Shown here: in pieces, positions 54,186 to 64,000 of the stretch
Position numbering within the stretch: the stretch's first letter is position 1
Layout of the letters: the number at the start of each line of letters is the position of its first letter
NCBI RefSeq assembly: GCF_036321535.1
Contig: NC_087436.1
Location: 1,054,001-1,118,000 of the forward strand
Direction of reading: 5' to 3'
DNA length: 64,000 nucleotides
DNA from: Camelus dromedarius
Lineage: Eukaryota
The notes under the pieces: model-generated
The model's input: the letters and a program-made list of their open reading frames with translations, nothing else
Told to the model about the DNA's origin: nothing
Databases searched by the model: none
Position numbers and translations under genes: made by a program

Positions 54186-56667
54186 GGTGACACTTTTTCT
54201 CTGCTTTCTCAGTCTATTTCCTAGTGCCGGTTTGAAGTTCCTGCAGTTTTCACTGTCAAACCGAGTTGGAGCTAGTACCTCCCCTTATATATGTATGGAA
54301 TGGAGTTGGCAAGTGAAAAGAAACTTTGTGTTCCCAACAAGCTAGGTGAAGGACGGCTTTCACACACACTTATCTCTCAGAACTTAGCAAGTGGAGAGAC
54401 GTTCTTTCATGTAGCACCAAGGGAACGGGTTGCAGGAGACACTTTTTCTCTGCTTTCTCAGTCTGTTTCCTAGTGCCGGTTTGAAGTTCCTGCAGTTTTC
54501 ACTGTAAAAACGAGTTGGAGCTTCTACCTCCCCATATATATGTATGGAATGGAGTTTGCAACTGAAAAGAAACTTTGTGTTCCCAACAAGCTAGGTGAAG
54601 GACGGCTTTCACACACACTTATCTCTCAGAACTGAGCAAGTGGAGAGACGTTCGTTCATCTAGCACCAAGGGAACGGGTTGCAGGTGTCACTTTTTCTCT
54701 GCTTTCTCAGTCTATTTCCTAGTGCCGGTTTGAAGTTCCTGCAGTTTTCACTGTCAAACCGAGTTGGAGCTAGTACCTCCCCTTATATATGTATGGAATG
54801 GAGTTGGCAAGTGAAAAGAAACTTTGTGTTCCCAACAAGCTAGGTGAAGGACGGCTTTCACACACACTTATCTCTCAGAACTTAGCAAGTGGAGAGACGT
54901 TCTTTCATGTAGCACCAAGGGAACGGGTTGCAGGAGACACTTTTTCTCTGCTTTCTCAGTCTGTTTCCTAGTGCCGGTTTGAAGTTCCTGCAGTTTTCAC
55001 TGTAAAACCGTGTTGGAGCTTGTACCTCCCCATATATATGTATGGAATGGAGTTTGCAACTGAAAAGAAACTTTGTGTTCCCAACAAGCTAGGTGAAGGA
55101 CGGCTTTCACACACACTTATCTCTCAGAACTGAGCAAGTGGAGAGACGTTCGTTCATCTAGCACCAAGGGAACGGGTGGCAGGAGACACTTTTTCTCTGC
55201 TTCCTCAGTCTGTTTCCTAGTGCCGGTTTTACGTTCGTGCAGTTTTCACTGTAAAACCGAGTTGTAGCTTGTACCTCCCCATATATATGTATGGAATGGA
55301 GTTTGCAACTGAAAAGAAACTTTGTGTTCCCAACAACCTAGGTGAAGGACGGCTTTCACACACACTTATCTCTCAGAACAGAGCAAGTGGAGAGACGTTC
55401 GTTCATCTAGCACCAAGGGAACGGGTTGCAGGAGACACTTTTTCTCTGCTTTCTCAGTCTGTTTCCTAGTGCCGGTTTGAAGTTCCTGCAGTTTTCACTG
55501 TCAAACCGAGTTGGAGCTAGTACCTCCCCATATATATGTATGGAATGGAGTTTGCAACTGAAAAGAAACTTTGTGTTCCCAACAAGCTAGGTGAAGGACG
55601 GCTTTCACACACACTTATCTCTCAGAACTGAGCAAGTGGAGAGACGTTCGTTCATCTAGCACCAAGGGAACGGGTTGCAGGTGACACTTTTTCTCTGCTT
55701 TCTCAGTCTATTTCCTAGTGCCGGTTTGAAGTTCCTGCAGTTTTCACTGTCAAACCGAGTTGGAGCTAGTACCTCCCCTTATATATGTATGGAATGGAGT
55801 TGGCAAGTGAAAAGAAACTTTGTGTTCCCAACAAGCTAGGTGAAGGACGGCTTTCACACACACTTATCTCTCAGAACTTAGCAAGTGGAGAGACGTTCTT
55901 TCATGTAGCACCAAGGGAACGGGTTGCAGGAGACACTTTTTCTCTGCTTTCTCAGTCTGTTTCCTAGTGCCGGTTTGAAGTTCCTGCAGTTTTCACTGTA
56001 AAACCGAGTTGGAGCTTCAACCTCCCCATATATATGTATGGAATGGAGTTTGCAACTGAAAAGAAACTTTGTGTTCCCAACAAGCTAGGTGAAGGACGGC
56101 TTTCACACACACTTATCTCTCAGAACTGAGCAAGTGGAGAGACGTTCGTTCATCTAGCACCAAGGGAACGGGTTGCAGGTGTCACTTTTTCTCTGCTTTC
56201 TCAGTCTATTTCCTAGTGCCGGTTTGAAGTTCCTGCAGTTTTCACTGTCAAACCGAGTTGGAGCTAGTACCTCCCCTTATATATGTATGGAATGGAGTTG
56301 GCAAGTGAAAAGAAACTTTGTGTTCCCAACAAGCTAGGTGAAGGACGGCTTTCACACACACTTATCTCTCAGAACTTAGCAAGTGGAGAGACGTTCTTTC
56401 ATGTAGCACCAAGGGAACGGGTTGCAGGAGACACTTTTTCTCTGCTTTCTCAGTCTGTTTCCTAGTGCCGGTTTGAAGTTCCTGCAGTTTTCACTGTAAA
56501 ACCGTGTTGGAGCTTGTACCTCCCCATATATATGTATGGAATGGAGTTTGCAACTGAAAAGAAACTTTGTGTTCCCAACAAGCTAGGTGAAGGACGGCTT
56601 TCACACACACTTATCTCTCAGAACTGAGCAAGTGGAGAGACGTTCGTTCATCTAGCACCAAGGGAAC
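53530..56667 (+). repeat. Tandem duplication of 6 monomers (1494 bp)
   Basis: ORF pairs 53775/55269, 54291/55785 and 54789/56283. Shared variants gttgTagc at 53771/55265 and ggtgTca at 54688/56182. About four mismatches were seen. Confidence 0.87.
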
Positions 56668-59600
56668 TGGTTGCAGGAGACACTTTTTCTCTGCTTTCTC
56701 AGTCTGTTTCCTAGTGCCGGTTTGAAGTTCCTGCAGTTTTCACTGTGAAACCGAGTTGGAGCTTCTACCTCCCCATATATATGTATGGAATGGCGTTTGC
56801 AACTGAAAAGAAACTTTGTGTTCCCAACAAGCTAGGTGAAGGACGGCTTTCACACACACTTATCTCTCAGAACAGAGCAAGTGGAGAGAATTTCGTTCAT
56901 CTAGCACCAAGGGAACGGGTTGCAGGAGACACTATTTCTCTGCTTTCTCAGTCTGTTTCCTAGTGCCGGTTTGAAGTTCCTGCAATTTTCACTGTCAACC
57001 CGAGTTGGAGCTAGTACCTCCCCATATATATGTATGGAATGGAGTTTGCAACTGAAAAGAATCTTTGTGTTCCCAACAAGCTAGGTGAAGGACGGCTTTC
57101 ACACGCACATATCTCTCAGAACTGAGCAAGTGGAGAGATGTTCGTTCATCTAGCACCAAGGGAACGGGTTGCAGGAGACACTTTTTCTCTGCTTTCTCAG
57201 TCTGTTTCCTAGTGCCGGTTTGAAGTTCCTGCAGTTTTCATTGTCAAACCGATTTGGAGCTAGTATCTCCCCATATATATGTATGGAATGGAGTTTACAA
57301 CTGAAAAGAAACTTTCTGTTCCCAACAAGCTTGGTGAAGAGCGGCTTTCACACCACTTATCTCTCAGAACTGAGCAAGTGGAGAGACGTTCGTTCATCCA
57401 GCACCAAGGGAACGGGTTGCAGGAGACACTTTTTCTCTGCTTTCTCAGTCTGTTTCCTAGTGCCGGTTTGAAGTTCCTGCAGTTTTCACTGTCAAACCGA
57501 GTTGGAGCTGGTACCTCCCCATATATATGTATGGAAAGGAGTTTGCAACTGAAAAGAAACTTTGTGTTCCCAACAAGCTAGGTGAAGGACGGCTTTCACA
57601 CACATTTATCTCTCAGAACTGAGAAAGTGGAGAGACGTTCGTTCATGTAGCACCAAGGGAACGGGTTGCAGGATACACTTTTTCTCTGCTTTCTCAGTCC
57701 GTTTCCTAGTGCCGGTTAGAAGTTCCTGCAGTTTTCACTGTCAAACCGAGTTGGAGCTAGTACCTACCCATATATATGTATGGAATGGAGTTTGCAACTG
57801 AAAAGAAACTTTGTGTTCCCAACAAGCTAGTTGAAGGACGGCTTTCACACACACTTATCTCTCAGAACTGAGCAAGTGGAGAGACGTTCTTTCATCTAGC
57901 ACCAAGGGAACGGGTTGCAGGTGACACTTTTTCTCTGCTTTCTCAGTCTATTTCCTAGTGCCGGTTTGAAGTTCCTGCAGTTTTCACTGTCAAACCGAGT
58001 TGGAGCTAGTACCTCCCCTTATATATGTATGGAATGGAGTTGGCAACTGAAAAGAAACTTTGTGTTCCCAACAAGCTAGGTGAAGGACGGCTTTCACACA
58101 CATTTATCTCTCAGAACTGAGCAAGTGGAGAGACGTTCTTTCATGTAGCACCAAGGGAACGGGTTGCAGGAGACACTTTTTCTCTGCTTTCTCAGTCTGT
58201 TTCCTAGTGCCGGTTTGAAGTTCCTGCAGTTTTCACTGTAAAACCGTGTTGGAGCTTGTACCTCCCCATATATATGTATGGAATGGAGTTTGCAACTGAA
58301 AAGAAACTTTGTGTTCCCAACAAGCTAGGTGAAGGACGGCTTTCACACACACTTATCTCTCAGAACTGAGCAAGTGGAGAGACGTTCGTTCATCTAGCAC
58401 CAAGGGAACGGGTTGCAGGAGACACTTTTTCTCTGCTTTCTCAGTCTGTTTCCTAGTGCCGGTTTGAAGTTCCTGCAGTTTTCACTGTAAAACCGAGTTG
58501 GAGCTAGTACCTCCCCATATATATGTATGGAATGGAGTTTGCAACTGAAAAGAAACTTTGTGTTCCCAACAAGCTAGGTGAAGGACGGCTTTCACACACA
58601 CTTATCTCTCAGAACTGAGCAAGTGGAGAGACGTTCGTTCATCTAGCACCAATGGAACGGGTTGCAGGAGACACTTTTTCTCTGCTTTCTCAGTCTGTTT
58701 CCTAGGGCCGGTTTGAAGTTCCTGCAGTTTTCACTGTCAAACCGAGTTGGAGCTAGTACCTCCCCGTATATATGTATGGAATTGAGTTGGCAACTGAAAA
58801 GAAACTTTGTGTTCCCAACAATCTAGGTGAAGGACGGCTTTCACACACACTTATCTCTCAGAACTGAGCAAGTGGAGAGACGTTCTTTCATGTAGCACCA
58901 AGGGAACGGGTTGCAGGAGACACTTTTTCTCTGCTTCCTCAGTCTGTTTCCTAGTGCCGGTTTGAAGTTCCTGCAGTTTTCACTGTAAAACCGAGTTGGA
59001 GCTTCTACCTCCCCATATATATGTATGGAATGGAGTTTGCAACTGAAAAGAAACTTTGTGTTCCCAACAAGCTAGGTGAAGGACGGCTTTCACACACACG
59101 TATCTCTCAGAACTGAGCAAGTGGAGAGACGTTCGTTCATCTAGCACCAAGGGAACGGGTTGCAGGAGACACTTTTTCTCTGCTTTCTCAGTTTGTTTCC
59201 TAGTGCCGGTTTGAAGTTCCTGCAGTTTTCTCTGTGAAACCGAGTTGGAGCTTCTACCTCCCCATATATATGTATGGAATGGAGTTTGCAACTGAAAAGA
59301 AACTTTGTGTTCCCAACAAGCTAGGTGAAGGACGGCTTTCACACACACTTATCTCTCAGAACAGTGCAATTGGAGAGAAGTTCGTTCATCTAGCACCAAG
59401 GGAACGGGTTGCAGGAGACACTTTTTCTCTGCTTTCTCAGTCTGTTTCCTAGTGCCGGTTTGAAGTTCCTGCAGTTTTCATTGTCAAACCGATTTGGAGC
59501 TAGTATCTCCCCATATATATGTATGGAATGGAGTTTATAACTGAAAAGAAACTTTCTGTTCCCAACAAGCTTGTTGAAGAGCGGCTTTCACACACACTTA

Positions 59601-62600
59601 TCTCTCAGAACTGAGCAAGTGGAGAGACGTTCGTTCATCCAGCACCAAGGGAACGGGTTGCAGGAGACACTTTTTCTCTGCTATCTCTGTCTGTTTCCTA
59701 GTGCCGGTTTGAAGTTCCTGCAGTTATCACTGTAAAACCGAGTTGGAGCTTCTACCTCCCCATATATATGTATGGAATGGAGTTTGCAACTGAAAAGAAA
59801 CTTTGTGTTCCCAACAAGCTAGGTGAAGGAAGGCTTTAACACACACTTATCTCTCAGAACAGAGCAAGTGGAGAGACGTTCATTCATCTAGCACCAAGGG
59901 AACGGGTTGCAGGAGACACTTTTTCTCTGCTTTCTCAGTCTGTTTCCTAGTGCCGTTTTGAAGTTCCTGCAGTTTTCACTGTAAAACCGAGTTGGAGCTT
60001 CTTCCTCCCCATATATATGTATGGAATGGAGTTTGCAACTGAAAAGAAACTTTGTGTTCCCAACAAGCTAGGTGAAGGACGGCTTTCACACACACTTATC
60101 TCTCAGAACAGAGCAAGTGGAGAGACGTTCGTTCATCTAGCACCAAGGGAACGGGTTGCAGGAGACACTTTTTCTCTGCTTTCTCAGTCTGTTTCCTAGT
60201 GCCGGTTTGAAGTTCCTGCAGTTTTCACTGTGAAAACGATTTGGAGCTAGTACTTTCCCATATATATGTATGGAATGGAGTTTGCAACTGAAAAGAAACT
60301 TTGTGTTCCCAACAAGCTAGTTGAAGGACGGCTTTCACACACACATATCTCTCAGAACTGAGCAAGTGGAGAGACGTTCGTTCATCTAGCACCAAGGGAA
60401 CGGGTTGTAGGAGACACTTTTTCTCTGCTTCCTCAGTCTGTTTCCTAGTGCCGGTTTGAAGTTCCTGCAGTTATCACTGTAAAACCGAGTTGGAGCTTGT
60501 ACCTCCCCATATATATGTATGGAATGGAGTTTGCAACTGAAAAGAAACTTTGTGTTCCCAACAAGCTAGTTGAAGGACGGCTTTCACACACACATATCTC
60601 TCAGAACTGAGCAAGTGGAGAGACGTTCGTTCATCTAGCACCAAGGGAACGGGTTGCAGGAGACACTTTTTCTCTGCTTCCTCAGTCTGTTTCCTAGTGC
60701 CGGTTTTAAGTTCGTGCAGTTTTCACTGTAAAACCGAGTTGGAGCTTGTACCTCCCCATATATATGTATGGAATGGAGTTTGCAACTGAAAAGAAACTTT
60801 GTGTTCCCAACAAGCTAGGTGAATTACGGCTTTCACACACACTTATCTCTCAGAACAGAGCAAGTGGAGAGACGTTCGTTCATGTAGCACCAAGGGAACG
60901 GGTTACAGGAGACACTTTTTCTCGGCTTTCTCAGTCTGTTTCCTAGTGCCGGTTAGAAGTTCCTGCAGTTTTCACTGTCAAACCGAGTTGGAGCTAGTAC
61001 CTCCCCATATATATGTATGGAATGGAGTTTGCAACTGAAAAGAAACTTTGTGTTCCCAACAAGCTAGGTGAAGGACGGCTTTCACACACACTTATCTCTC
61101 AGAACTGAGCAAGTGGAGAGACGTTCGTTCATCTAGCACCAAGGGAACCGGTTGCAGGTGACACTTTTTCTCTGCTTTCTCAGTCTGTTTCCTAGTGCCG
61201 GTTTGAAGTTCCTGCAGTTTTCACTGTCAAACCGAGTTGGAGCTAGTACCTCCCCTTATATATGTATGGAATGGAGTTGGCAACTGAAAAGAAACTTTGT
61301 GTTCCCAACAAGCTAGGTGAAGGACGGCTTTCACACACACTTATCTCTCAGAACTTAGCAAGTGGAGAGACGTTCGTTCATGTAGCACCAAGGGAACGGG
61401 TTGCAGGAGACACTTTTTCTCTGCTTTCTCAGTCTGTTTCCTAGTGCCGGTTTGAAGTTCCTGCAGTTTTCACTGTCAAACCGAGTTGGAGCTAGTACCT
61501 CCCCATATATATGTATGGAATGGAGTTTGCAACTGAAAAGAAACTTTGTGTTCCCAACAAGCTAGGTGAAGGACGGCTTTCACACACACTTATCTCTCAG
61601 AACTGAGCAAGTGGAGAGACGTTCGTTCATCTAGCACTAAGGGAACGGGTTGCAGGAGACACTTTTTCTCTGCTTCCTCAGTCTGTTTCCTAGTGCCGGT
61701 TTGAAGTTCCTGCAGTTTTCACTGTCAAACCGAGTTGGAGCTAGTACCTCCCCTTATATATGTATGGAATGGAGTTTGCAACTGAAAAGAAACTTTGTGT
61801 TCCCAACAACCTAGGTGAAGGACGGCTTTCACACACATTTATCTCTCAGAACAGAGCAAGTGGAGAGACGTTCGTTCATCTAGCACCAAGGGAACGGGTT
61901 GCAGGAGACACTTTTTCTCTGCTTTCTCAGTCTGTTTCCTAGTGCCGGTTTGAAGTTCCTGCAGTTTTCACTGTCAAACCGTGTTGGAGCTAGTACCTCC
62001 CCATATATATGTATGGAATGGAGTTTGCAACTGAAAAGAAACTTTGTGTTCCCAACAAGCTAGGTGAAGGACGGCTTTCACACACATTTATCTCTCAGAA
62101 CTGAGCAAGTGGAGAGACGTTCGTTCATGTAGCACCAAGGGAACGGGTTGCAGGAGACAATTTTTCTCTGCTTTCTCAGTCTGTTTCCTAGTGCCGGTTA
62201 GAAGTTCCTGCAGTTTTCACTGTCAAACCGAGTTGGAGCTAGTACCTACCATATATATGTATGGAATGGAGTTTGCAACTGAAAAGAAACTTTGTGTTCC
62301 CAACAAGCTAGGTGAAGTACGGCTTTCACACACACTTATCTCTCAGAACTGAGCAAGTGGAGAGACGTTCGTTCATCTAGCACCAAGGGAACGGGTTGCA
62401 GGTGACACTTTTTCTCTGCTTTCTCAGTCTATTTCCTAGTGCCGGTTTGAAGTTCCTGCAGTTTTCACTGTCAAACCGAGTTGGAGCTAGTACCTCCCCT
62501 TATATATGTATGGAATGGAGTTGGCAAGTGAAAAGAAACTTTGTGTTCCCAACAAGCTAGGTGAAGGACGGCTTTCACACACACTTATCTCTCAGAACTT

Positions 62601-64000
62601 AGCAAGTGGAGAGACGTTCTTTCATGTAGCACCAAGGGAACGGGTTGCAGGAGACACTTTTTCTCTGCTTTCTCAGTCTGTTTCCTAGTGCCGGTTTGAA
62701 GTTCCTGCAGTTTTCACTGTAAAACCGTGTTGGAGCTTGTACCTCCCCATATATATGTATGGAATGGAGTTTGCAACTGAAAAGAAACTTTGTGTTCCCA
62801 ACAAGCTAGGTGAAGGACGGCTTTCACACACACTTATCTCTCAGAAATGATCAAGTGGAGAGACGTTCGTTCATCTAGCACCAAGGGAACGGGTTGCAGG
62901 AGACACTTTTTCTCTGCTTTCTCAGTCTGTTTCCTAGTGCCGGTTTGAAGTTCCTGCAGTTTTCACTGTAAAACCGTGTTGGAGCTTGTACCTCCCCATA
63001 TATATGTATGGAATGGAGTTTGCAACTGAAAAGAAACTTTGTGTTCCCAACAAGCTAGGTGAAAGACGGCTTTCACACACACTTATCTCTCAGAACTGAT
63101 CAAGTGGAGAGACGTTCGTTCATCTAGCACCAAGGGAACGGGTTGCAGGAGACACATTTTCTCTGCTTTCTCAGTCTGTTTCCTAGTGCCGGTTTGAAGT
63201 TCCTGCAGTTTTCACTGTAAAACCGAGTTGGAGCTTCTACCTCCCCATATATATGTGTGGAATGGAGTTTGCAACTGAAAAGAAACTTTGTGTTCCCAAC
63301 AAGCTAGGTGAAGGACGGCTTTCACACACACTTATCTCTCAGAACAGAGCAAGTGGAGAGACGTTCGTTCATCTAGCACCAAGGGAACGGGTTGCAGGAG
63401 ACACTTTTTCTCTGCTTTCTCAGTCTGTTTCCTAGTGCCGGTTTGAAGTTCCTGCAGTTTTCACTGTAAAACCGAGTTGGAGCTTGTACCTCCCCATATA
63501 TATGTATGGAATGGAGTTTGCAACTGAAAAGAAACTTTGTGTTCCCAACAAGCTAGGTGAAGGACGGCTTTAACACACACTTATCTCTCAGAACAGAGCA
63601 AGTGGAGAGACGTTCGTTCATCTAGCACCAAGGGAACGGGTTGCAGGAGACACTTTTTCTCTGCTTTCTCGGTCTGTTTCCTAGTGCCGGTTTGAAGTTC
63701 CTGCAGTTTTCACTGTAAAACCGAGTTGGAGCTTGTACCTCCCCATATATATGTATGGAATGGAGTTTGCAACTGAAAAGAAACTTTGTGTTCCCAACAA
63801 GCTAGGTGAAGGACGGCTTTCACACACACTTATCTCTCAGAACTGAGCAAGTGGAGAGACGTTCGTTCATCCAGCACCAAGGGAACGGGTTGCAGGAGAC
63901 ACGTTTTCTCTGCTTTCTCAGTCTGTTTCCTAGTGCCGGTTTGAAGTTCCTGCAGTTTTCACTGTAAAACCGAGTTGGAGCTTCTACCTCCCCATATATA

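Larger units (their letters stand above)
1..64000. repeat. Homogeneous tandem satellite DNA array, 249-bp monomer, ~257 copies (putative centromeric/pericentromeric satellite)
   Basis: The motif ACCTCCCCATATATATGTATGGAATGG recurs every 249 bp from position 1 to 63986. 63985 = 257x249 - 8, and the 8 missing bases are accounted for by seven small deletions. All monomers are in the same orientation with typically only a few substitutions each, and no non-satellite sequence is seen. The array runs off both window ends. Centromeric location is inference only. Confidence 0.99.

Noticed and set aside
57169..59348. Longest ORFs (100, 100 and 122 aa)
   Set aside because: They are explained by the 1-bp deletion at ~57353 joining frames and by a stop-removing substitution at 59100. 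The 122-aa peptide simply repeats with the monomer period.
15..63435. About 80 short ORFs (MYGMEFATEKK..., MEWSLQLKRN..., MCVKAVLHL...)
   Set aside because: They are translations of the satellite monomer. Their presence depends on single substitutions removing a stop (for example gaacTga to gaacAga), most monomers are closed, and no protein domain is recognisable.
1..64000. CRISPR array or other repeat-spacer system
   Set aside because: There are no unique spacers: the whole 249-bp unit is conserved. No cas or other genes are present.
1..64000. Tandem 5S rRNA, tRNA, snRNA or SINE gene cluster
   Set aside because: I see no recognisable 5S or tRNA sequence, cloverleaf, convincing Pol III A/B box pair, poly(A) tail or target-site duplication. 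An Rfam cmscan would be the formal test.
1..64000. Strand inversion or embedded transposon/unique island
   Set aside because: The monomer phase is continuous end to end (257x249 - 8), leaving no room for insertions, and no reverse-complement monomers were seen.

Overview
The entire 64,000-bp window is one uninterrupted head-to-tail tandem satellite array: 257 complete copies plus 15 bp of a 249-bp, ~45% GC monomer, all in one orientation. I see no insertion of foreign DNA, transposon, RNA gene or credible protein-coding gene. The ORF track is an artefact of the monomer being 3x83 bp, so the same 60-82 aa peptides recur. The very high monomer identity resembles a eukaryotic centromeric or pericentromeric satellite (inference). 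I cannot assign it to a named family or species, and it has no canonical CENP-B box. The interesting content is its hidden architecture, read from monomer SNP haplotypes. There is no single fixed higher-order repeat. Instead there are nested duplications of 1, 2, 6, 17, ~27 and 30 monomers of differing apparent age, a mosaic junction monomer suggesting template switching, recurring ordered monomer cassettes, a possible older ~40-monomer super-unit, a 43-kb stretch with no net length change, transversion-rich polymorphism and a dyad-rich monomer. I found no evidence of a novel gene-based system. All comparisons were made by eye, and breakpoints are approximate because neighbouring monomers are nearly identical.
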